From an uncultured Actinomycetes bacterium (lineage in GTDB: Bacteria > Actinomycetota > Thermoleophilia > RBG-16-64-13), in NCBI GenBank assembly GCA_963706025.1, contig CAVPLM010000004.1, positions 1-64,000 of the forward strand: a stretch of DNA of 64,000 nt. The letters are read 5' to 3'. The notes below the pieces were generated by a model. That model was not told where the DNA came from. It ran no database searches and worked only from the letters and a program-made list of their open reading frames with translations. Made by a program: the position numbers and the translations under genes. Positions 11,345 through 19,719 of this stretch are shown piece after piece; the first letter of the stretch is position 1, and the number at the start of each line of letters is the position of its first letter.

Positions 11345-11685
11345 TGGGTTCCGAGATCCTCCAGCAGTTGCTGGCGGACGAGAAGTCGGCCCACATGCTG
11401 GTCACCGATGCTTCGCCCGAGGCTTCCCACGAGGAGCCCGGTGTCCGCGGACGCCTCACCCGGCGCGAATGGTTGTTGGCCCATATCATGATCTTCTTGA
11501 TCGGGGCCTGGAACCTCTTCATCGTGAATCTGGCCCGAACGCCCGACAGATGGTGGTTCTGGCTGCCGGTCGCGGTGTGGGCTGGGGGTCTCATTGTCTA
11601 CGCGGCGTGGACCGTTTGGACAACCAAACGCCCTCGCCCTCAGACCGCAGGCCCGCGGAGAGCGGGGCTCAGACGGTCGGCATAG
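11345..11685 (+). CDS. 2TM-domain small membrane protein (start uncertain, 11297 or 11345)
   Basis: LLAHIMIFLIGAWNLFIVNL...WWFWLPVAVWAGGLIVYA pattern typical of the 2TM family. Confidence 0.65.
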
Positions 11686-13534
11686 TCGGGGCGCCGGGCA
11701 GGGTCACCGTGAAGGTTGAGCCCACGCCCACCGTGCTCTCCACTTCGACTCGTCCCCCGTGGCGCTCGGCCACATGCCGCACGATGCTCAAGCCGAGGCC
11801 GGTCCCGCCTGTCTCGCGCGAACGGGCCTTGTCCACCCGGTAGAAGCGCTCGAAGATGCGTTGCTGGTCCGCTTGGGGTATGCCCACTCCATCGTCGCGC
11901 ACGCTGAGCGCCACTCGGTCCCGGCCGTCGGCGCCGGTCTGGAGACGCAATTCCAAGGCGATGTTCCCCCCTGGCTCGGTGTAGCGGACGGCGTTGTCGA
12001 GTAGGTTGCGGATGAGGGTGCGCAGCGCGATTTCGTCGCCGATCACTAACGCCGCCGCCGGCGCGTCGACCGTCAGCTCCTGGTGCTTCGCCGTGGCCAG
12101 CGGTCTTACCTCTGCCACCGTTTCGGTTGCCAAGGGCACCAGGTCGACTTCGACGAAAGCGGTCTCCGTCGAGATTCCCGGTTCCTCGAGCCGGGACAGA
12201 GTCAGCAGGTCGTTTACCAGGTCGGTCAGGCGTCCTATCTCCGCCGAGAGCCTGTCGACGAACTTCTCAGCCTGCTCGGGATCCTCGTGGACGGCGTGGC
12301 CGAGGGTGCCCGCCAGCAGGGAGAGTCCGGCCAGTGGGGTCTTCAGTTCGTGAGACACATTGGTGGCGAAGTCCCGCCGCATGCGTTCGGTGACGCGGCG
12401 GGCCGTCTCGTCCCTGATGACGAACAGCGTTTGGCCTCCGAAGGTTTGGGGCGCGCCGCGGGGTGGCGCGCCCGCGGCTCTCGTCTCCGTCGACTGCAAG
12501 GGGATCACTTCCACCGCTAGCGAGCGTCCTCCAGGAAGTTCGAGCACCTCGGTGATCGCCCCTCCGGCCTCCTGGGCCTTGCGCGCCAAAGACTGCGCTG
12601 GGAAAGAGCGAGCCGCTAGGACCAACGGTGTACCCTCTATCCCCTGTAGATCAGCGCCCAGGATCTTGCCTGCGGCCGGATTGCCTCGGAGCAGGCGCCC
12701 GTCGGCGTCCACGAGCAGGACCCCCTCGCTCATGGACGCCAGAACTTGACCGGAGCGCTCCATCTCCGCGCCGAGCTGCCCGGCTCGCACCTCTAGTTGG
12801 GCGGCCATATCATTCAGAGACCCGGCCAGATCTCCCAGCTCGTCCTTCGTGCGCACGCTGGTGCGGTAGTCCAACTCACCCGCGGCCACCCGCGAGGTCA
12901 TGTGCTGCAGCCGCTCGATCGGTCTGGTGATGGAGCGGGTAAGGAAGTAGGCAACAGCCAGCGTCGGAAGAAGGAGGATCGCCCATACGATCAAGGGGAT
13001 CAGCCACGACGCCTGCAGCATCGCGTCTATGCGCGCGGCAGGCACGGCGGCCCGCAACACGCCCTCAGACCAGGCCGCTTCGCCCGTAGGGAGCGGAACA
13101 GCAACGTAGACCTCCTCTTGTCCCAGAGTGGCGGACTGGCGGCGTTCCCGACCTTCGTTCCCGGCCAGAGCTTGAGCCACTTCCGGCCGGTCTGCATGGT
13201 TGTCCAGATTGGCGGGATCGGCTTCCGAATCGGCGAGCACGGTGCCATCGTCAGCTATGAGCGTGAAGCGCACTTCGCCGTCTACGCCGGCTTCGCGGGT
13301 GAGGTCCTGCAAGGTGGCGGTGTCGCTTCCCACCGCCAACCCGGTGTTGCCGTCCCACCCTGCCGCTGTCTCCAGCACCGCGGCGTACTGATAGGCTTGG
13401 CGGGCCATATCGTCCTGGAGGCGGTCGAGAAAGACGTCGCGAAGAATCAGGGCAGAGGCCAGAGCTACGATGCCGGCGAACACGAGGGTAGTGAGGGCGA
13501 GGACTAGGGGGAGCCTCCAGCGGATGCGCATCAC
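11669..13534 (-). CDS. phoR: Phosphate regulon sensor histidine kinase (PhoR/SenX3-like; TM-Cache-HAMP-PAS-HisKA-HATPase)
   Basis: NHADRPEV, RDFATNVSHELKTPL, NLLDNAVRY, DDGVGIP, IFERFYRVDKARSRETGGTGLGLSIV; adjacent to the pst operon. Confidence 0.9.
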   Translation of the reverse strand: MMRIRWRLPLVLALTTLVFAGIVALASALILRDVFLDRLQDDMARQAYQYAAVLETAAGWDGNTGLAVGSDTATLQDLTREAGVDGEVRFTLIADDGTVLADSEADPANLDNHADRPEVAQALAGNEGRERRQSATLGQEEVYVAVPLPTGEAAWSEGVLRAAVPAARIDAMLQASWLIPLIVWAILLLPTLAVAYFLTRSITRPIERLQHMTSRVAAGELDYRTSVRTKDELGDLAGSLNDMAAQLEVRAGQLGAEMERSGQVLASMSEGVLLVDADGRLLRGNPAAGKILGADLQGIEGTPLVLAARSFPAQSLARKAQEAGGAITEVLELPGGRSLAVEVIPLQSTETRAAGAPPRGAPQTFGGQTLFVIRDETARRVTERMRRDFATNVSHELKTPLAGLSLLAGTLGHAVHEDPEQAEKFVDRLSAEIGRLTDLVNDLLTLSRLEEPGISTETAFVEVDLVPLATETVAEVRPLATAKHQELTVDAPAAALVIGDEIALRTLIRNLLDNAVRYTEPGGNIALELRLQTGADGRDRVALSVRDDGVGIPQADQQRIFERFYRVDKARSRETGGTGLGLSIVRHVAERHGGRVEVESTVGVGSTFTVTLPGAPTMPTV

Positions 13535-13544
13535 TCGTCGCCGG

Positions 13545-14258
13545 TCATCGGGGGGCTAGCCGGTAACCCACGCCGCGCACCGTCTGCAACGATACCTCGG
13601 CTTGCACTTGCTCGAGCTTCGCCCGCAGCCGACGCACGTGGACGTCGAGGCTTCGGGAAGCGGGCAGATACTTGTGGTGCCACACGCGTTCGACGATCTC
13701 CTCTCGCGGAAAGAGATGCCCAGGTCGGGAAAGCAGTAGTTCCAGGAGGTCGTGCTCCTTCGGGTTGAGGGCGACCTCGCCGTGGCTGGTGCGGATGGCG
13801 TGCGTGTCCCTATCGAGCACGAGATCACCTGTGCCTATAGTACCTCCATCCGCTCCCAACCCGCCGACCGTGATACCCGCGGGGGTCCGCCGCAGGCGCG
13901 CCTGGATCCGGGCAAGCAACACATCGATATCGAAGGGCTTGGTGATGTAGTCGTCCGCCCCGGAATCAAAGCCCTCGAGCATCGTCTCGCGCTCGCTGCG
14001 GGCAGTAAGCATGATTATCGGGAGACTCGGTTTCCGGCGAATGATCTCCCTGCTTGCCGCCATGCCGTCCAACGCAGGGAGCATGAGGTCCATGAGGACC
14101 AGGTCGACGTCGTGTGAAAGCGCGGTCTGCAGACCGGCCCGGCCGTTGTATTCCTGCAGGACCTCGTAGCCCGCACGACGCAGGTTGTAAGCGACAAGAT
14201 CGGATATGGTGGCATCGTCCTCCACGAGGAGGATTCTCTTCTTGTCAGACTCCGGCAT
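13545..14258 (-). CDS. phoP: OmpR-family phosphate response regulator (PhoB/PhoP/RegX3-like)
   Basis: LLVEDD, MDLMLP, GADDYITKPF, LDVHVRRLRAKL, TVRGVGY; divergent from pstS. Confidence 0.85.
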   Translation of the reverse strand: MPESDKKRILLVEDDATISDLVAYNLRRAGYEVLQEYNGRAGLQTALSHDVDLVLMDLMLPALDGMAASREIIRRKPSLPIIMLTARSERETMLEGFDSGADDYITKPFDIDVLLARIQARLRRTPAGITVGGLGADGGTIGTGDLVLDRDTHAIRTSHGEVALNPKEHDLLELLLSRPGHLFPREEIVERVWHHKYLPASRSLDVHVRRLRAKLEQVQAEVSLQTVRGVGYRLAPR

Positions 14259-14323
14259 GCCGACTCCAGGATCCAGAATGTGTCCGCTCTATGCTAACGC
14301 CTTCCCATCCCGGTTTGCCCCGG

Positions 14324-14367
14324 GTGAACGCACAATTAACGTACCGGTAACACGCAGTTAACATCAG
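14324..14367. promoter_or_regulatory. PHO box array, four 11-bp direct-repeat units
   Basis: GTGAAC(14324), ATTAAC(14335), GGTAAC(14346), GTTAAC(14357) at exact 11-bp period; reverse strand reads GTTCAC/GTTAAT/GTTACC/GTTAAC, like actinobacterial PhoP repeat units. Confidence 0.8.
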
Positions 14368-14471
14368 GCATCATACCCGCTGTTAGCCTGTGGGCGAGAT
14401 TCGCGATCTCCTTTGGAGCGAACTAGAAGAGAAACGAGCATTGGGAAATGAGAAAGGCGAGGGAGACAGGG

Positions 14472-15602
14472 ATGATTCTAAGAAGCAGGCGTGCACGCTG
14501 GGTCGCCGTCCTGGCGGTTGCGCTCGTCGCGGTGGGGGCCGTCAGTTTCGTGGCCGTCGGCTGCGGCGACGAAGAGACCACGACCACAATGGCGCCCGAA
14601 ACCACGACCACAATGGCGTCCGAGACCACTGTGCCTGCCCTGAGCGGCAGCCTGAATGGCGCGGGCGCTACTTTCCCCAAGCCGCTTTACATTGAGTGGA
14701 TCGGGGAGTTCCAGATAGTCAACCCGGATGTCAAGATCGACTATCAAGGCATCGGCTCCGGTGGCGGCATCGAGCAGTTCACGCAGCTTACGGTCGATTT
14801 CGGAGCCTCCGACGCTCCTATGAAAGACGAGGAAGTCGCTGCGGCCGAGACTGCCGGCGGCGCCAAAGTCCTGCACATCCCCACCGTCTTTGGTGCGGTA
14901 GTGTGTGCTTACAATCTGGAGGGCGTCCAGGAGCTGAATCTGGACAGTGACACCGTGGCTGCGATCTTCCTGGGCAACGTCACTAAGTGGAACGACCCCA
15001 TGATCGCTGCGCTCAACTCGGGGGTCACCCTTCCCGATTTGGAAATCGCGACGGTTCATCGCTCGGATTCGTCCGGCACCACCAGCATCTTCACCGGCTA
15101 TCTAAACGACGTTAGCGCCGAATGGGCTGAGAAAGTCGGCAAAGGCAAGGAAGTCCAATGGCCGGTAGGCGTCGGTGGCCAAGGCAACGACGGTGTGGCC
15201 GCGGTCATCCAGCAGACCGCCGGAGGTATGGGCTACGTCGAACTCTCCTACGCCATCGAGTCCGGCCTGCTCATGGCCAATCTGAAGAACGCGGCCGGCA
15301 GCTTCGTGACCCCGAGTCTGGAATCCACGTCTGCGGCAGCTGCCGGAGCCGAGTTCCCCGAGGACCTGCGCTTCTCGGTCGCCAACAGTGACAATCCCGA
15401 GGCGTACCCCATAGTCGGTGCGACCTGGATCCTCGCTTACGATAAGATGAAAGATGCAGCGAAAGCCGAGATCCTCAAGGCTTGGCTCACGTGGTCTCTC
15501 AATGAGGGTACCGCTCTCGCTGCGGAACTAGGGTACGCTCCTCTTCCCGAGGACCTGAAGGCAATGGCTCTCGACAAGGTTAATGCGATCGGCACTTTCT
15601 GA
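14472..15602 (+). CDS. pstS: Phosphate ABC transporter substrate-binding lipoprotein
   Basis: Lipobox VAVGC, ETTTTMAP repeat linker, GAGATFP, GSGGG, DFGASD, RSDSSGTT, YPIVGATW. Confidence 0.95.
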   Translation: MILRSRRARWVAVLAVALVAVGAVSFVAVGCGDEETTTTMAPETTTTMASETTVPALSGSLNGAGATFPKPLYIEWIGEFQIVNPDVKIDYQGIGSGGGIEQFTQLTVDFGASDAPMKDEEVAAAETAGGAKVLHIPTVFGAVVCAYNLEGVQELNLDSDTVAAIFLGNVTKWNDPMIAALNSGVTLPDLEIATVHRSDSSGTTSIFTGYLNDVSAEWAEKVGKGKEVQWPVGVGGQGNDGVAAVIQQTAGGMGYVELSYAIESGLLMANLKNAAGSFVTPSLESTSAAAAGAEFPEDLRFSVANSDNPEAYPIVGATWILAYDKMKDAAKAEILKAWLTWSLNEGTALAAELGYAPLPEDLKAMALDKVNAIGTF

Positions 15603-16548
15603 TCCTCCCGCCGGGACTCTGTCCGCGCGTCTCCGGCAGCGCAAGGGAGTCGGCCGTCGAGCCGACTCCCTGTTTGCGTTTGTTGCCGCCGGATGTGGTG
15701 TGCTCGTACTTCTGGCGCTGGCCTACATGGTCTTCTCGACCACCAGGACGGCCCTCCCCGTCTTCCGTTTGGAGGGCATCTCTTTCGTCACCGATAGCGA
15801 CTGGAATCCCAATGTCGGCACGTATGGCATATTGGCATTCGTATACGGCACGGTGGTTACCTCCGTCATCGCGCTGGTCATCGCGGTGCCGCTAAGCCTG
15901 GGGATCGCCCTCTTCTTGACCGAGTACTGTCCGAGGCGGCTGAAGGGCCCCATCGTGTACGCGGTGGACCTGCTCGCAGCGGTCCCCAGCGTCATCTTCG
16001 GGTTGTGGGGGGTCTTCGTGCTCCTGCCGCTGTTCTTGCAGCCGGTAGCAGAGTTCTTCAGCAAGTATCTGGGCTTCATACCGATCTTTGCCGGCCCTGC
16101 CTCGGGTCTATCCTACTTTGGCGCCGGAGTCATACTGGGTATCATGATCACGCCCATCATCAGCGCCTTGAGCCGGGAAGTCCTGAGTACTGTCCCGCAG
16201 GCAGACCGCGACGCCGCGTATGCGCTTGGCGCCACGAAATGGGAGATGATCCGGCAGTCGGTTCTCCCCCGCAGTTGGGGGGGCATCACCGGCGCGACGA
16301 TGCTGGGTCTTGGCCGGGCGCTGGGTGAGACCATCGCGGTGGCGCTCTTGGTCGGCTCGGTGCCCAGAATAGACCTGTCCGTCGTCAGACCGGGCCATAC
16401 GATGGCCGCTGTGATCGCGAACACCTTCGCCGAGGCAAGCGCAATGGATATCCCGGCCCTAGTAGGCATCGGGGTGGTCCTCTTCGCGATCACGATTGTC
16501 ATCAACATGGTCGCCCGCGCGATCGTCTACCGCTTCGTTCAAACATGA
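15583..16548 (+). CDS. pstC: Phosphate ABC permease PstC
   Basis: DLLAAVPSVIFGLWG, AYALGATKWE, LGLGRALGETIAV. Confidence 0.95.
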   Translation: MRSALSDPPAGTLSARLRQRKGVGRRADSLFAFVAAGCGVLVLLALAYMVFSTTRTALPVFRLEGISFVTDSDWNPNVGTYGILAFVYGTVVTSVIALVIAVPLSLGIALFLTEYCPRRLKGPIVYAVDLLAAVPSVIFGLWGVFVLLPLFLQPVAEFFSKYLGFIPIFAGPASGLSYFGAGVILGIMITPIISALSREVLSTVPQADRDAAYALGATKWEMIRQSVLPRSWGGITGATMLGLGRALGETIAVALLVGSVPRIDLSVVRPGHTMAAVIANTFAEASAMDIPALVGIGVVLFAITIVINMVARAIVYRFVQT

Positions 16549-17501
16549 GCGCGGACCCAAGAATCAGCCCCAACACGACTGCAACTGTCGCGTTAGATAG
16601 CCTCAGCGACCGCTGGTCCGGCGACCGGGTCGGACCGGGAGTCTCTCTTAAGGACTGCCGCCTGGCCCGCAGACGGACCTTACGGAATCGAAGGAACACA
16701 GGTTTGATCATCTTGGCGGTGGTCCTGACCCTGATCCCGGTGGTCATGATCCTGGTTCAGATCACGCAGAAGGGCCTGGCCACGATGAGCTGGGAGTTCC
16801 TTACCAGCCCCGAGCCCCTTAGCGTGCGGAAGGAAGGGGGCGGCTTCCTCAATGGCTTCGTGGGGACTGCCATCATGGTAGGTATCGCGACGGTCATCTC
16901 GATCCCCCTCGGCATCCTGGCGGCGGTCTACTTGGTGGAGTACGGCAAGAAGAATTGGTTGGCGAAGCTCATCCGTTTCTTCTCCGATGTGATGACCGGC
17001 GTGCCCTCTATCTTCGTCGGTCTATTCATCTATACAGCGCTGGTGCTCGAATACGGATTTGGCGGTCTAGTGGGCGCCTTGGGTCTGGCTCTCATCATGA
17101 TGCCGATCGTCGTGCGATCCACCGAGGAGATGCTGAAACTGGTGCCTCAGGATCTGAAGGACGCGAGCTATGCGTTAGGCGCGGCGAAATGGCAGACGGT
17201 AACCCGCGTAATTCTGCCTGCCGCGGCGCCCGGCATCGCGACCGGCTCTATGCTGGCGGTGGCCCGCGCCGCGGGCGAGACGGCGCCCCTCATCCTTACG
17301 GCTCTAGGCTCCCTCTATCTGACCGCGCAACTCTGGGGAGTGAACATGCAGTCCCTCACTCTCGCGATCTGGAGCGGGGCGCGGCAACCCTTTGCGGCAG
17401 GCCAAGGGCGGGCCTGGGCCGGTGCCCTCCAGCTGCTCGTCATTGTGCTCGTTTTTACTGTCCTGGCCCGAATAGTAGCCTCAAGGAGTAGAATCTCTTG
17501 A
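16545..17501 (+). CDS. pstA: Phosphate ABC permease PstA
   Basis: [39 protein letters not shown]. Confidence 0.95.
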   Translation: MSADPRISPNTTATVALDSLSDRWSGDRVGPGVSLKDCRLARRRTLRNRRNTGLIILAVVLTLIPVVMILVQITQKGLATMSWEFLTSPEPLSVRKEGGGFLNGFVGTAIMVGIATVISIPLGILAAVYLVEYGKKNWLAKLIRFFSDVMTGVPSIFVGLFIYTALVLEYGFGGLVGALGLALIMMPIVVRSTEEMLKLVPQDLKDASYALGAAKWQTVTRVILPAAAPGIATGSMLAVARAAGETAPLILTALGSLYLTAQLWGVNMQSLTLAIWSGARQPFAAGQGRAWAGALQLLVIVLVFTVLARIVASRSRIS

Positions 17502-18442
17502 TGAACGCCGATACCCAAGCCGGTGCGAACCCTACCCTGGTGCTGGAGAACCCGATGTCCGAAGACGTGACAGCGGAAGCCGCTTATCCGTCGGTCGTGG
17601 TCGTGGCTCCACCTGTTCCCGAGGTCAGAGCGATGCCGGGCCAACAGGCGAAGGATCCGACCGAGCAGCCTGTCTTTTCCGTGCGCGATCTGGACTTCTA
17701 CTACGGCAAGAACATAGCCCTGAAGGGCATCAATATGGATATCCGGCCTCGCCGGATAACCGCGATCATCGGACCGTCCGGTTGCGGCAAGAGCACGTTG
17801 ATCCGTTGCTTCAACCGGATGAACGAGCTCATACCTGGTGCCAGGGTATCGGGCGAGATCCTCTATCACGGAGAGAACATCTACGCCCCGGAAGTGGATC
17901 CCGTGGTTGTGCGGCGGCACATCGGCATGGTATTTCAACGACCCAACCCCTTTCCGAAGACGGTTTACGACAACATCGCGTTCGGGGCGAGGATCAACGG
18001 CTACAAAGGAGACATGGACGAACTGGTCGAGCGTTCTCTGCGGCGCGCGGCCTTGTGGGACGAGGTGAAGACCGAATTGAAGAAGAGCGCCCTCGAGTTG
18101 TCCGGCGGTCAGCAGCAGCGGCTGTGCATAGCTCGGGCGATTGCGGTGGAGCCCGACGTCATTCTTATGGACGAGCCTGCTTCGGCCCTGGACCCCATAT
18201 CGACCGTCCGCATCGAAGACCTCATGGCGGAACTAAAGCAGGACTACTCCATCATTATCGTGACCCATAACATGCAGCAGGCGGCGCGGGTGTCAGATGA
18301 GACAGCGTTTCTCTACACTGAAGTGGATGAGAAGACGTCTGCCCGCTGGGGGACTCTTGTGGAGATGGACGAGACCAGTCAGATTTTTACCAAACCGCGG
18401 GACAGGCGTACCGAGGACTACGTATCCGGTCGCTTCGGATAG
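17498..18442 (+). CDS. pstB: Phosphate ABC ATP-binding protein PstB
   Basis: [51 protein letters not shown]. Confidence 0.95.
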   Translation: MMNADTQAGANPTLVLENPMSEDVTAEAAYPSVVVVAPPVPEVRAMPGQQAKDPTEQPVFSVRDLDFYYGKNIALKGINMDIRPRRITAIIGPSGCGKSTLIRCFNRMNELIPGARVSGEILYHGENIYAPEVDPVVVRRHIGMVFQRPNPFPKTVYDNIAFGARINGYKGDMDELVERSLRRAALWDEVKTELKKSALELSGGQQQRLCIARAIAVEPDVILMDEPASALDPISTVRIEDLMAELKQDYSIIIVTHNMQQAARVSDETAFLYTEVDEKTSARWGTLVEMDETSQIFTKPRDRRTEDYVSGRFG

Positions 18443-18469
18443 GACGTCAGAAAAGGCGGAGTGTGACCG

Positions 18470-19120
18470 ATGCGAGATGCCTACCTAAGAGAACTCGAGA
18501 GCCTCGACCAAGAAGTCGTGCGCATGGGCGCACTCGTGGAGCAGAGCGTCCAGATGGTGACCACTGCGCTCATGGAGGCGGACAGGGACCTAGCGCAGAA
18601 GGTACGCGACGGCGACCAGCAGGTCGACGAAACGGTCCTGGATATCGAGAAGCGCTGTCTGGTCATTTTGGCTCAGCAGGCGCCAGTCGCAGGCGATTTG
18701 CGCCTGGTCGTCGCCATCCTGAGGATAGTTGGCGATCTCGAGCGGGCGGGTGACCTTGCCTATAACATCGCCAAACTGGTTCAGCTTGACGACTTCCGCG
18801 AGCAGTCCGTGAAACCCGTCCGCGGCCTGGTCGCCGAACTGGGGCGGGCATCAGCTTCTCTGCTGGGCAAGGCTATCGACGCCTGGGCCACGAAGGATGA
18901 GAGCCTCGCGGCCGATCTGGCTCTCCAAGACAACAAGCTGGATGAACTCCATGCGGAACTCATTAGAAGACTCATCGACCTTGACGGCGAGGAGAACATC
19001 GGCCCAGCTCTCCGCCTGGCCATGGTCGGCCGCTACCTGGAGCGCATCGGCGATCACGCCGTCAATCTTGGTGACCGAGTTCGCTACTTCATCACCGGCG
19101 ATGCGGAGTTCCTTACCTAG
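18470..19120 (+). CDS. phoU: Phosphate signalling protein PhoU
   Basis: QAPVAGDLR, DLERAGDLA, RYLERIGDHAVN. Confidence 0.95.
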   Translation: MRDAYLRELESLDQEVVRMGALVEQSVQMVTTALMEADRDLAQKVRDGDQQVDETVLDIEKRCLVILAQQAPVAGDLRLVVAILRIVGDLERAGDLAYNIAKLVQLDDFREQSVKPVRGLVAELGRASASLLGKAIDAWATKDESLAADLALQDNKLDELHAELIRRLIDLDGEENIGPALRLAMVGRYLERIGDHAVNLGDRVRYFITGDAEFLT

Positions 19121-19315
19121 GAGCTCATCCTCTGCTCCCCCTATGTCCGAGCGATTCCCGCAGCATGGGAGGGAAGTAGACTTCGGATGCGGCGAAGAAG
19201 CACACCATCGGAGATCTGCTTAGCACTTTTGTCGCGGTTCTGGTGCTCAGCGTTAACGCCCGGTCCTCTCCTCTTCGGTACGGTAGGGGTGTCACTGGTC
19301 TGATAGGAAAGGACC

Positions 19316-19609
19316 ATGAAGCCTTCACGGGCAGCGGATGCGAGGGAGGGGCCAGGAGAGCCCGTAACGTTCGCCCTGCTGCCATCGGGGTCGTCGGTCG
19401 AGGCTGCCGGCTCCACAACTCTGGGGCCTGCCCACATGCACATCTTCGAGGTGATAGCGGCCCAGGACCAGCCTCTCACCGTGCGACAGATCGCCTGGCT
19501 CACGAAGCTGCCGGCGGAAGATCTGCGGACGGTCGTCGAGAATCTCTGTGAGCTGCGTCTGCTCAGGCGACTGAACACCGTTATCGAGAGCTATATTGCT
19601 GTGCTCTGA
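19316..19609 (+). CDS. Small stand-alone winged-HTH protein
   Basis: AGGAAAGGA RBS; IFEVIAAQDQPLTVRQIAWLTKLPAEDLRTVVENLCELRLL resembles an IclR/MarR-type wHTH. Confidence 0.6.
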   Translation: MKPSRAADAREGPGEPVTFALLPSGSSVEAAGSTTLGPAHMHIFEVIAAQDQPLTVRQIAWLTKLPAEDLRTVVENLCELRLLRRLNTVIESYIAVL

Positions 19610-19719
19610 GCCTTGGTCTGAGGGGAAGCGGACCACCGAAGCGTGGCTCTGAGGAGTTCGACCTCTCCCTGGTCAAAGCTCTCCAGCTCGCCCTCTGCCA
19701 GAGTCTAAGACCGTCGAGA

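Noticed and set aside
14572-14630. 24-bp repeat in pstS
   Set aside because: Ordinary Thr-rich lipoprotein tether (ETTTTMAP x2)
19219-19260. GTTAAC upstream of the wHTH gene as a PHO box
   Set aside because: Single unit with no convincing neighbour at 11-bp spacing
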